From: a virus
Reading direction: 5' to 3' (one strand)
Virus record (IMG/VR): IMGVR_UViG_3300050343_000150
Location: 1-64,000 of that record
Length of the DNA: 64,000 bases
Within the stretch, counting starts at the first letter, position 1. Every line of letters starts with the position of its first letter. Below the pieces are notes generated by a model. That model saw nothing but the letters and a program-made list of their open reading frames with translations, was not told the DNA's origin and did not search any database. Below are positions 32,998-44,747 of the stretch, in pieces. A program made the translations under genes and the position numbers.

Positions 32998-35900
32998 TGG
33001 CTGATTCAGATAAAGATATTGTAATTACACCAAATACAGGGAACACCACAAAACCAAAAATAGAATTTACTGGTGCAGATAATTCGGTTAAATATCTACA
33101 AGTTAACGATGATGGTAGTCTAACATTCAATGATACGATAACCGCAACATCCGGTTCAGTTGCAAATGGGAATCAAAATTTAGTTACTGGAACTGCGGTG
33201 TTTGGTTATATTTCTGCGCGAAATTTTATATCAAACAATTCTAATATAACAGTTGGTAATAATATAGGATTAGCAGGAGCATCAGGTAATAGTTTACGAA
33301 TTACAACTGCACAAGCGGCCTCTAATGGTGCGATTTTATCATTCGTTGGAAGTGATAATAACAGTATAAGTAATCTGACAATACCATCGGGTGATGGAAC
33401 AATATCAACTTCTGACACTCAACTTACCACTGAAGAAGTTCAAGATATAGTTGCCGCTATGATAGTCGGCGGTACTAATATTTCCGCAGCATATAATGAT
33501 TCAGGTGGACTTTTAACTCTTGCAGTAAATGGACATAGAACAGTTACAGCAGGTGGTAACACATTAGGTGCAACAGAAACACTTGCCCTAACTGCTGGCT
33601 CTAATGTTACGATTAGTGAAAGTGGAGGAGCAGTTACTATTGCTTCAACAGATACTAATACTGACACAAATACACAGAATGTTTTCACATCCTCATTTGT
33701 TGATTCATCTAATGATACTATACTCAGGTTAACTAAAAGTGGTGCATCAAGTGGTACTCAGGACATTAAGTTTGTAGCAGGTTCTAATGTAACATTAACA
33801 CCTAGTGGAACAAATTTAACTATTGCTTCTACTGATACTAATACACAATTATCATTACTTGACGAAGATAACTTTGCATCAAACAGCGCAACTGCTGCTG
33901 CTAGTCAACAGTCAATTAAATCATATGTAGATACTTCAGTTTCTAATTTGGTGGCATCTGCACCTTCTGCATTAGATACTTTAAATGAACTTGCAGCAGC
34001 CTTAGGAGACGACGCGAGTTTTTCCACAACAACTGCTACTTCTCTAGGTAATAGACTTAGAATAGATGTAAGTAATCAAGGATTAAATTCTACACAACAG
34101 AGTAATGCTTTAACTAATTTAGGAATTACAGCAACATTAGCAGAAATAAACATATTAGATGACGGACTTGCAACAGGAGATATACCTGCATTAGCCACTT
34201 CTAAAATCACATCGGGAACATTTGCTGATGCTAGAATAGCACAATCGAATGTTACTCAACATCAATCGGCTTTATCTATAACTGAATCACAAATTAGTGA
34301 TTTACAATTTAAATTATTACCTGAAGTTCTATTTAACGATACTAATTTTGGGTTCAGTTTACTAATACAAACAGGTACTACTAACGCTGCCCCAACAACA
34401 GGTACGCTAGATAATGCAACTTTCAATATAGGATTAGGAAGTAATGTATTTTCTTCATTAACATCAGGAACAAGAAATGTTGCTGTTGGACATGAAGCGG
34501 GGAGAAATTTAACAACTTCTGCTAGAAATACATTACTTGGTGCAGAAGCAGGACATGATATTACTACTGGTGGTAACAATGTTGCAATAGGAGATTTAGC
34601 CGGAGATAAAATTACTACTGGAAGCCAAAATACGTTGATTGGTGCAGAAAGTGGAGGAAATATTACTACTACATCATACAGTATAGGTTTAGGTAATAAA
34701 GCATTACTAGGTTCAACTGGAACAGCAAATATAGGAATAGGTTATCAGAGCCTTAACCATACTTCTCATTCAGGTTCATACAATGTAGCAATAGGACATC
34801 AAGCCGCACATAATGCTACGGGGGCAAATGGTAACAACATCGGTATTGGTAAATCATCATTGTATAATGTTACAGGAGGTTATAATTATGCAATAGGTGA
34901 CGAAAGCGGTCAAGGTATAACTTCAGGTAGTAGTAATATTGCAATAGGAAGTAAATCTTTAGGAGGCTCAGGTACAGTTGTTACAAATGCACATAATATC
35001 GCCATAGGTAATAATGCTCTAAAAACTGGAGGTACACTTTCCGGTGGGTTGAATACTGCATTTGGATATGCTACTGGAAGTTCCTTAACAACAGGTCAAG
35101 GAAATTTATTATTAGGATTTACAGCAGGGAACAATATTACTACTGGTAGTGAAAATATAGTAATCGGTGCAGCAGATGTACCTTCTGCTACTGGTAATCA
35201 TCAATTGTCAATATCTGATAATGGTAATGGGTCAGTAGTATGGATTACAGGTGATTCTTCGGGACACGTTTCTTTAGGAAACTATGAATTTAACGCTGAC
35301 CAAACAGTAGGTTCAGGTCAAGACAATTACGTTTTAAGGTACGACCACTCAACCGGACAAATCGGTTTGGAAGCAGCAGGTGCAGGTGGAGAAAACAATC
35401 AAAATGCTTTCAGTAATGTAGCAGTAAGTGGACAAACAACTGTCGCAGCAGATTCAGCAACTGATACTCTTACTCTAGCCGCAGGTGCTAATGTTACATT
35501 AACAACTAATGCATCTAATGATACAGTAACTATCGCAGCAACTGATACTAACACCAATACTCAACTTTCAACAGAACAAGTACAAGATATTGTAGGTGGT
35601 ATGCTTGTTGGAACAGAAACAAGAATTGGTGTAAGTTATGATGATACTAACGGTAGAATTAACTTTGTTGTAGATGATATGACAACAGATACTAATACAT
35701 TTAGAACAGTAACTGCTGGAGGCAATACACTTGGTTCAAGTGAAACTCTTGCATTTACAGCAGGAAGTAATGTAACAATAACTGAATCCGGTGGTTCAGT
35801 AACAATAGCCTCAACAGATACCAACACTAACACTACTTACTCAGCAGGTAGTGGTATTGCTCTAAGTGGAACTACATTTAGTGTTGCAGGAGGAACTGGT

Positions 35901-38900
35901 TTATCCCAAACTTCTAGTGGGTTGGCATTATCACACTTAGGTATAGAAAGTCTTTCTGACCCTAATGCTGATAGGATTCTAATTTGGGATGATTCAGCAG
36001 GGGCTATTGCATTTGCTACACCAAACAGTAACATTTCAATTGATGGTACAAATATTAACACTACTAACACACAACTTTCTACTGAGCAGGTGCAGGATAT
36101 AGTAGGTGCAATGTTAGTAGGTACTGAAACTAGAATTGGTGTAACCTATGATGATACAAACGGCAGGATTAATTTCGTAGTAGATGACATGACGGCAAAC
36201 ACCCAATTGACGTTGCTTGACCAAGACAATATGAGTTCGAACAGTGCTACCGCCGCAGCAAGTCAACAATCTATTAAGGCATATGTTGATGCAGAGATAG
36301 CAGGACTTGTTGATTCGTCTCCTAGTGCATTAAATACCCTAAACGAATTAGCGGCGGCTCTTGGAGATGATGCTTCATTTTCAACTACTACGGCTACTTC
36401 TTTAGGAAATAGATTGAGAGTAGATGTAAATAACCAAGGTTTAAACTCAACTCAACAAGGAAATGCACTAACAAATCTAGGAATAACTGCCTCACTTGCT
36501 GAGATTAATATTCTAGATGGTGGATTAGCAGCATCTAACATTACTGAAATATCTAATTTGACAGCAGCAGAAGGAGAGCAATTAGAAAATATTGGTAGCA
36601 CAACAATCTCCGCAACACAATGGGGTTATCTCGGTGGTTTAACTGCGGCAAAAGTAATAGATTGGTCGGTATCACAAACATTTGATGATATTCATCCAAA
36701 TAATCAACACTCAGCAGGTACTAACCTCACATTAAGCGGTACTACTCTTAATGTTGATGATGCTTTCTTAGTCAATAATGCTAACGATACTACAACGGGT
36801 ACTATTACTGCGGCTGGTTTTACAACAGCAGGGATAGTTGATGGTGTTAATTTCAAAATAAATGGCGGTCAAGGTTCTGACGGTCAAGTTCTAACTTCAA
36901 CTGGTTCAGGAGTTGCTTGGGAAGATGCCGCAAGTGGTGGTGATTCAAATGCAGGTGGTGTTAATGGTTCAGCAGGTGCGCCTACATTTTCATTTGCTTC
37001 TGATACTAATACAGGAATGTATAGATTAACAGGTGATACTTTAGCATTCTCAGTTGGTGGTTCTAATGCTATGTATATGCAACCATCTAAGGTTGAAGCG
37101 AATAAAAGATTTGAAATTATTGCAGGTTCTAATTCTGCTCCGGGTTTGTCATTAGCAGGTGATGATAATACAGGAATATACCGATATGCAGAAAATCAAA
37201 TAGGATTCACAACAGACGGAACGGCTCAACTATTGATTAAAGATGGTGCAATAGAACCTGTTACTGATAATGATATAGATTTAGGAACATCCTCTCTAAA
37301 GTTCAAAAACTCATACTTTGGGTTAGTAGATGCTGAAAACTTCAAAGTAAATGGAGGGCAAGGTAATGACGGCCAAATCCTAACTTCAACAGGTAGTGGT
37401 GTTGCATGGGAAAATGCCGCAGTTGGTGGTATAGCAAGTTTAGCCGCAGATGACACGCCACAGTTAGGTGGAGATTTAGATGTTAATGGAAATAGTATTG
37501 TTTCAACTTCAAACACTGCAATAAATATTACACCAAATGGAACAGGAGATATACAACTTAATGCTGATACTATTAGAGTAGGAGATTCTAATGCAGATGT
37601 TACAATTGCACCTAATATTAGCAGTACAACTGCTAAACTTCAATTTCAATCAGATGGAGATACATTACTTAGAACAGCAAGTGGTACAGGAAATATGTAT
37701 CTTAATGCTAATTCATTAATGTCAATGCAAGCAACAACTTTTAGATTTGGTACTAGCGGGGGTAATCCAACATTAACTACATTAGGAACAAGTGATTTAA
37801 CTCTTAATACAAATAGCGGAACAAACTCCGGTTCTATTGTAATTGCAGATGGTGCTAATAGTGATATTAGTATTACGCCAAATGGAACAGGTCAAGTAAA
37901 CTTAGGTAACTTTCAATTTGATGTAGACCAAACAGTAGGTTCAGGCCAAGATAATTATGTATTAACTTACGACCATGCTAATACACAAATTAGTTTAGAA
38001 GCAGCAGGTGGTGGTGGTGCTTCTGATATTGGCGCACTAGATGATGTATTGATGGATGCTACTAATTTCACTAATTCACTTTTAATTCAAACCAACAGCG
38101 ATACATCCGCACCTACAACGGGTACACTAAGTAGTGCTAATGAAAATATAGGAATAGGTAGAGATGTATTCAAGGTCTTAACAAGTGGTTCACAAAACGT
38201 ATCAATGGGGAGTTACACATTAGATGCAGTTACAACAGGTAGTAACAATACCATCATCGGTCATAATGCGGGAACTAGAATTGAAGATGACTCAGAAAAT
38301 ACATACATCGGTCAGGGTGCAGGTGCTAATTCAATAGGCAGTTTCAACGTAGCATTAGGTTCAAGTACGATGACAGGTAGCAGTTCAACACTTCATACTG
38401 GTAGTCATAACGTAGCACTAGGTCGTGGCGCGATGACTAAAGTTCAAGGAGATGCGGCAGGTAACGTAGCTGTATAACACAACAACAGGTGGTTACAACA
38501 TTGGTATAGGTCAAAATGCTTTAGAAAGAAATACTACTGAAGGTAATCAGATTGCCATTGGTTCATCCGCTATGGGTGGTGCATATAATCAAGCGGCGAC
38601 AGGTGCATACAATCTTGCTATTGGGAATCAAGCCTTGAGATATGGCGCACAGGACAATGGAAACTTTAACATTGGAATAGGCTATAAAGCACTTTATGGC
38701 TCTAATGGTAATAGTAGTGCTGCTAATTATAATATAGCAATCGGTTATGAAGCGTTAGAGGCAAATACAACCGGAGATAGTAACGTAGCAGTAGGAACAC
38801 AAGCGTTAGAAGCAAACACAACAGGTACAAGAAATCTCGCAATAGGTTATCGTGCCTTAGATGCCGCAGATACAGAAAACGATAACATAGCAATAGGTTA

Positions 38901-41018
38901 TGATGCTTTAGGTGGTTCAGTAGCAGGTGCAGAATACACAGTAGCAATTGGGAATTACACGCTTGATGCTTTAACATCGGGAGATAACAACACAGCAGTA
39001 GGTTATAATTCTGCAACAGCATTAATCGAAGGAAATCATAACACGGCAATAGGTTCTTACTCTTACTTTAGAGCAACAGATGGAACATATAATTGTGTTA
39101 TAGGACAAAACTCAGGTGGAGGTTTAAGGTCGGGTAGTTATAACATAGTAACAGGCTTTAATACAATGGTCAAATAAATAATGACGGAGACTACAACGTA
39201 GCAATAGGCACACACTCTATGAATGCCGCAACAGGTAATGACGTTAATTATAACACAGCAATAGGCACAAGTTCATTACAAAGTATTACATCAGGCGCGA
39301 AGAACATAGCATTAGGACAAACTGCCGGAAATAATATCACTAGCGGAGATTTTAACGTAGTAATTGGTGCGGCTGATGTAGCAAGTGCAACAGGTGATAG
39401 TCAGTTATCAATAAGTTCTGGTGATGGTGGTGTTACTTGGATAACAGGTGCTTCAACAGGTGCAGTAGATATTCCCGGTTCTTTAACAGTAGCGGGTTCA
39501 GCAGTTGGTGGTGCTTCTGACCTCAATGGTTTAACGGATGTAATTAGTAATATTACTAACTTTACAGACAGTATGCTAATTTCTACTGATAATGCTGCAC
39601 CTCCACATGGCACACTAAGTAGTGCCAATGACAATTTAGGGATAGGTAAAGATGCACTTAGAACATTAACAAGCGGTACAAAAAACGTAGTTATTGGTAA
39701 CTATGCTGGAGATGCTTTGACAACTAGTAGGGAAGTTGTGTTGATTGGATATAATGCAGGTTCGTCAATAACAGGAAGTAAACACGATTCAGTAGTAATT
39801 GGTTCTAATGCGCTGTGTGAAGCAGCAGACCCAAGTAACACAGTAGCAATAGGACAAAGTGCAGGTCAATATGCTGAGGGCATTCAAAATGTAATGGTTG
39901 GAGTAAGTGCAGGTAAATACTGGCAAAATACCGGCCTTAATTCTCAAAAGAATGTATTTATTGGTAGTAGTGCTGGAAATAGAGGAACAGTTAATGGTGA
40001 ACAAACATGGGTTACTGTTGTTGGCGCAGATGCCGGTAGTAGAACAGCGATAGGGTCTTTTTCAACAATTATAGGTGGTGGTTCAGGGCTATGGTCTCCC
40101 GGACAAAGTAATACATTTCTTGGTCAGTATGCAGGTCAAGGAAATGCTAACGTAACTACATCCTCTAACAATAATATAGCAATTGGTAAACAGGCCTTGT
40201 ATGGTCATCAAATGACATCTTCAGGTAATAACGTAGCAATTGGGCCTTCAACGTTGTATAATACTACAACAGGTTCTTTGAATATTGCTCTTGGTAATAG
40301 TGCCTTAAATGATGTAACATCAGGCGGCAACAACATAGGTATAGGATTCGGTGCGGGGGATTTAATAACAACTGCTGATAAAAACATTACAATTGGTTAT
40401 GATGCTGGAAATAATATTACAACAGGTTCTAACAACGTAGTTATTGGTGGTGCTGATGCGCCTTCTGCAACAGGTAATGACCAATTAGTTATCGCATCCG
40501 GTGATGGTTCACCTACATGGTTAACAGGTAATTCGTCAGGAGTTGTTGACTTTCCCAATGGAACAACAGGTACAGGTTCTTTCTACATTACAGCAGAAGA
40601 AAGTAATTGGCAATTAAATGTAGGTGAGTCAAATGGTTTCCATTGGTCTTTTGGTAACGGTGCTGATATAGGAGATGCACCTTCTAGTAACGCAAAGAAC
40701 GAAGGTATTGCACTACCTGTTGATTGTACACTAAAGTTCTTACATTTAAACTGTGCAAATGACGGTAATGAAACCGCAGGTAACAGTGCAACTGTTCAGA
40801 TATACAAAGCAACTTCGGCCACTGCTACTCAATCGGCAGTTGCTAATACTGGAATAACTGCTACTGTTGCGACAAATGGACACGGTGTATCTGCTACTGG
40901 TGATTATGACGTTGATTTTAACAAGGGAGACATTATTCTTTTCCGTTCAACTACGGCTAATCAGTCAGGTATATATGTCGGAAGAGGAACAATATCAGCA
41001 TATTTCGTAGAGAGGTGA
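32997..41018 (+). CDS. Giant tail fibre/adhesin protein 2 with YadA-like NxAIG beta-roll repeats (breaks at ~38477 and ~39177)
   Basis: ORFs 32997-38477, 38572-39177 and 39219-41018 carry the same N-x-A-I-G repeat continuously across both breaks. Confidence 0.75.
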
Positions 41019-41022
41019 TTAG

Positions 41023-41283
41023 ATGGTGGAAGAAACAGACATGGATTTAATGTGGGCAAAAATGAGAAGAGTGAGAAATGCACTGCTGTTGCAGTCGGAT
41101 AAATATGTATTGCCTGATTTATGGGAAGGATATACAGTTGCACAAAGAGGTGAAGTTAGAAGATATAGAATGGAACTTCGAGATTGGCCTGAAAATATTG
41201 ATACTCCATTTAGTCTAGGAACTAAACTACCTGCTAAGCCTTCTTTTGTAAAAGATGTAGGAACGTACAACCTTAGAAGATAA
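41023..41283 (+). CDS. Tail fibre assembly chaperone
   Basis: WAKMRRVRNALLLQSD...YRMELRDWP motif; follows fibre gene; GAGGTGA RBS. Confidence 0.8.
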   Translation: MVEETDMDLMWAKMRRVRNALLLQSDKYVLPDLWEGYTVAQRGEVRRYRMELRDWPENIDTPFSLGTKLPAKPSFVKDVGTYNLRR

Positions 41284-41309
41284 AAGATGTAAATAACTTT
41301 GACAACAGA

Positions 41310-41341
41310 TTTTGAAAACTTTCTAAAATTTTCAAAAAAAA
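41310..41341. terminator. Inverted repeat and A-tract at convergence of the two arms
   Basis: ttttgaaaa-N10-ttttcaaaa (41310-41337); A8 run gives oligo-U on the minus transcript. Confidence 0.35.
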
Positions 41342-41432
41342 GGGCGCGAGTCAGATGATGACTTGAACAAACCATTTTAATATTCCAATTGATATTAATA
41401 CCAATCCGAATCCTAAAATTAATTTATCGAAA

Positions 41433-41570
41433 TCATCCATCTGACCACAACGCTTTACATTCTCTACATTGCCAAATGTATAGGGTTTCTTTTGACCCTA
41501 CTACTTTACCTTTAATTCGTCTAGGGATAGTTTCCCTAGAACAAAAGGAACAGGTTTTATGGAGAGCCAC
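41433..41570 (-). CDS. Small Zn-ribbon protein (45 aa, not in ORF track)
   Basis: GTG start; ALHKTCSFCSRET...WQCRECKALWSDG*; two CxxC. Confidence 0.65.
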   Translation of the reverse strand: MALHKTCSFCSRETIPRRIKGKVVGSKETLYIWQCRECKALWSDG

Positions 41571-41715
41571 TGCGACCACGTTCTTCGTCAATTAACGTAT
41601 CCATGTACTCTTCAATAGTGCGTTCGGAATATTTTGAATTCCCGAATGCAGCAAAGAATAACAAGGATATGATTATGACGAATACAATCCAACCTACTAT
41701 TTCCCAAGTTGACAT
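41557..41715 (-). CDS. Small single-TM membrane protein (52 aa, not in ORF track)
   Basis: MSTWEIVGWIVFVIIISLLFFAAFG...; TAATG coupling to upstream exonuclease gene. Confidence 0.65.
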   Translation of the reverse strand: MSTWEIVGWIVFVIIISLLFFAAFGNSKYSERTIEEYMDTLIDEERGRSGSP

Positions 41716-42308
41716 TACCAAATCACCTCCAATTCTTTCATTTCTTCTTTTTCAATGGAGAAACCTTTCACCATTTTATTTTCTTTTCCATGTACCCACA
41801 AATCATAAACTAATTCGCAGTCTTTTAAACAATAATCTGCTACTTCAGTAAATTTCCCTGCTTTCCAAACTAACGGTGCATCTGCACTATCCATTAATTT
41901 TTCTGCACCTAGTGTATGATGTACTAAATTAGAAAGACTATATCTTTCACCGTGTTGTTTGTTTAGAATTCTACTGGTATCAATATACGCTTTGTCATCT
42001 AAATATTCTTTAATACAATAAATATCCATTGCATTTTTTAGTACCGCTAAATCAAAGGCAACAATATTGTGTCCCAATAATATACCATCATTTTGCCTGT
42101 GGTCATCTAAATCAAATTTTAACTGTGATAGTGGTTTAACAGACACATTTGATTTCCTAATAGATTTAATAGGTTCATCAATGTAAACTGTCCCTTGATT
42201 ACCGTCCCATGTACATACAGTAGAAACTTGAAACATATGGGTATTTCCCCATCCACCAATCTCATGTGAATAGTTCTTGGTTTCAATATCTAATGCTAAA
42301 ACATTCAT
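41715..42308 (-). CDS. DEDD-family 3'-5' exonuclease (RNase H-like fold)
   Basis: LALDIET, GHNIVAFDL, YCLKD; likely start at 42308 (ATGA overlap). Confidence 0.85.
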   Translation of the reverse strand: MNVLALDIETKNYSHEIGGWGNTHMFQVSTVCTWDGNQGTVYIDEPIKSIRKSNVSVKPLSQLKFDLDDHRQNDGILLGHNIVAFDLAVLKNAMDIYCIKEYLDDKAYIDTSRILNKQHGERYSLSNLVHHTLGAEKLMDSADAPLVWKAGKFTEVADYCLKDCELVYDLWVHGKENKMVKGFSIEKEEMKELEVIW

Positions 42309-42559
42309 TCTTCGCCACTGTCCCCTGCTGTCCAAAGATTTGCTAACTTTTTAGCCTGTGCTTCGGCAGGATTAGGTGCTAAGAAAATATTAGGTTTAAC
42401 CATCCATGCAACTAAGTGTTCACCCCCACCAACAGTTATCATAGTTGACAAATACCAACCATCTTTCCCATATGTATTAAGGGATTCATTTATTATTTTC
42501 GGGCCATCGCTAACGTTAAACACCAAAAACTGATGCTCATATGTATCTTTTTTACTCAT
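42305..42559 (-). CDS. DUF4177-like small protein
   Basis: YEHQF...LNTYGKDGWYL motif. Confidence 0.55.
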   Translation of the reverse strand: MSKKDTYEHQFLVFNVSDGPKIINESLNTYGKDGWYLSTMITVGGGEHLVAWMVKPNIFLAPNPAEAQAKKLANLWTAGDSGEE

Positions 42560-44045
42560 TTTTCTTTTCCTCCTTTACTTTCAAATATGTTCTTACTCCT
42601 ATTTTTTTGTCCTCAAACATATGTGAAATTTCTTTGTACCATCTATAAATTGTAGATTGTCCCTTTTTAGTATCCTCTCTGACCATCTCCATTAACAGAT
42701 TCTTGTTTACCCATCCTTCATCATCTCTTTTCTTTAACTTTTCGTAGGCTCTATAAAATGCTGCTTTATTAACTCGGTCGTGTAAAGCGTGGGTTTTAAC
42801 CTTTAACGCTACGTCAAGCCACGACACCAGCGATTTATAGCATTGTCGAATGAGAGAAGATGCTTGTCGGACGTGTCTAGCAGTAACTATGTACCTTTTT
42901 GATTTGTCTTTTATGTTGGGTGCTTCTGCAATACAGCATAATATAGAGAACCTTACCATTGTCTGATTCATCCTAGTAATGAAGTTTCCAGCAATCTCAA
43001 AAACTTCAGGTCTACTATCAGAAATATAGTTTCTCATTTTATATGATTCATTTTTTAGTGCATCATTATATCCTTTACCGAATTGAATTGTTGTTAAAGG
43101 GTCTTCACCATTTTCCTTGAACCTTTGATATAAATTATCATAAATTATAACAAAATTTTCAGCGAATCTTTTTATTGGTGCTTCATTAGATTTGATAAAT
43201 CCTACTTCATCTAATATTTGGTCACGTAGTTCATCTTGTACTTCTTGTGGGATTTCTTTAACAAACATAGTAGAACGTTGAGTTACACCCTTTTCTGCTA
43301 CAACATTAGTTAATGTTTTAGGAATATAAGATGTAGCGTAAACACTGCGTTTACAGTCACATACAATTATATTACCATCCTTAAGTTTCTTTTTAATTAA
43401 GTATCCTTCTCCCCATAGAGTGTTCATTAGTTTATTCAAATACATAACAACATTTTCCTTGTGTTGCGATTGTTTGAATACTCCTGAATATTCAAATTCA
43501 TCATACGCAATCAAACCTTCACCTTGGAAACCACCGTTTATCTGAACATATTCTTCTTCGTATGTTATGTTACCATCATCATCTTCATGAGGAACTCTTT
43601 CTTTAGCAATTGAACCAATTAGAGCCGCATCAGTAGTATCGTCAACTCCGAACACATCGAAATCAGTACCATATTTACTATTAATTATCTTAAAGGTTTC
43701 ATTTGTTACTGGCCCAAAGAAATTGTACATTTCCGATTTACCAGTACCCGATGTCTGCAACCAAATGAAATGTATCCTAGTGTCATCCCTTCTTCTACCA
43801 CTTGGGATTGCAACCATATCTTTACACAGTTGTCCTAATAATACATAGAAACCAATTGTTGCAGGTATTTCATTATATTTAGAAACCTCAACTGCACTTT
43901 TAACATATTCTTCTACGATTTTAGGTAGAGAGTTATCTGTTTTTCTATCACGTGGAATTATCGGAACGGCATCATTTGTTAGTCCTTCGTAGTATAATCT
44001 ATCTTCATCATCACTTGTATATATATCATCATATTCATTATTCAT
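42552..44045 (-). CDS. MCM-like AAA+ helicase with C-terminal winged helix
   Basis: Walker A QTSGTGKS, TDAALIGS, Walker B LIAYDEF, QRS arginine finger, VTARHVRQA. Confidence 0.7.
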   Translation of the reverse strand: MNNEYDDIYTSDDEDRLYYEGLTNDAVPIIPRDRKTDNSLPKIVEEYVKSAVEVSKYNEIPATIGFYVLLGQLCKDMVAIPSGRRRDDTRIHFIWLQTSGTGKSEMYNFFGPVTNETFKIINSKYGTDFDVFGVDDTTDAALIGSIAKERVPHEDDDGNITYEEEYVQINGGFQGEGLIAYDEFEYSGVFKQSQHKENVVMYLNKLMNTLWGEGYLIKKKLKDGNIIVCDCKRSVYATSYIPKTLTNVVAEKGVTQRSTMFVKEIPQEVQDELRDQILDEVGFIKSNEAPIKRFAENFVIIYDNLYQRFKENGEDPLTTIQFGKGYNDALKNESYKMRNYISDSRPEVFEIAGNFITRMNQTMVRFSILCCIAEAPNIKDKSKRYIVTARHVRQASSLIRQCYKSLVSWLDVALKVKTHALHDRVNKAAFYRAYEKLKKRDDEGWVNKNLLMEMVREDTKKGQSTIYRWYKEISHMFEDKKIGVRTYLKVKEEKKNE

Positions 44046-44747
44046 TTATATCACCATTTTATCTTCGGAGTTTAATACTCCTAGTATTCTTTTTGCTAGG
44101 ACATTACCAAGTCCCTCTATCTCACTTATTTCTTCTATCGAAGCCTCGCCTACTTCCATTATAGAACCAAACTTCTTAATTAACAACTTTGCCTTCTTTG
44201 GACTTATACCCTTGATAGTACAAAGTACATCTATACGTAAATCAGTAGTAGAAATTTTCTTTCTAACTAGACTTGGCGTATGAATTTCTCTATCTATTGG
44301 TTGCATTTTAGATACAACCGATATGAGCCGACCTGCCTCCTTAGCACTGTTAACCCATATAACACTACAATCAGTGTCTAATATTATTTTACCAAATGCC
44401 CCATCAAACTTATTTCTAAGTAAACGTGCTTGGTTTCCTCTATTTTTTGTTACCTTAACAAAGGTAAGATAATTTTCTATTGCTTCGGAAAAAGTACCAT
44501 ATACTATTACTACATTGTTCAAGAATGTAGCATCCATGTTATCTATCTGATTCCATAACCGTTTGTTTATTACTGATTGTAGAAAGTCAAAAGACGACTT
44601 GGCTTCAAAACATACATTTGCAAAAACATAATCACCTACATCTAACCACATCTTTTCATATGGTATGTTTAACATTTCACAGTTTCTTATTACATGTTCT
44701 GTTAGTTCTGAATTTTCCCTACTATCAATTTTAAGTACTTCCATCAT
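44046..44747 (-). CDS. ERCC4/XPF (Hef-like) structure-specific nuclease with HhH motifs
   Basis: IDSRE, GDY, FEAKS..DF..S, IKGISPKKA, IEGLG. Confidence 0.9.
   Translation of the reverse strand: MMEVLKIDSRENSELTEHVIRNCEMLNIPYEKMWLDVGDYVFANVCFEAKSSFDFLQSVINKRLWNQIDNMDATFLNNVVIVYGTFSEAIENYLTFVKVTKNRGNQARLLRNKFDGAFGKIILDTDCSVIWVNSAKEAGRLISVVSKMQPIDREIHTPSLVRKKISTTDLRIDVLCTIKGISPKKAKLLIKKFGSIMEVGEASIEEISEIEGLGNVLAKRILGVLNSEDKMVI

Noticed and set aside
38460-39220. Breaks in fibre 2 as phase variation or separate genes
   Set aside because: No clear slippage tract, invertase or RBS; the NxAIG repeat register continues, so small deletions or errors are more likely. Read-level data are needed.
26767-41018. 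Fibre repeats as a diversity-generating retroelement TR/VR pair or CRISPR array
   Set aside because: The repeats are in-frame protein modules with ordinary synonymous divergence, not adenine-specific changes; no reverse transcriptase in the window
41019-41851. ORF-track calls 41019-41375(-), 41389-41595(+), 41603-41851(+)
   Set aside because: They overlap better-supported genes on the opposite strand (fibre chaperone, Zn ribbon, TM peptide, exonuclease)
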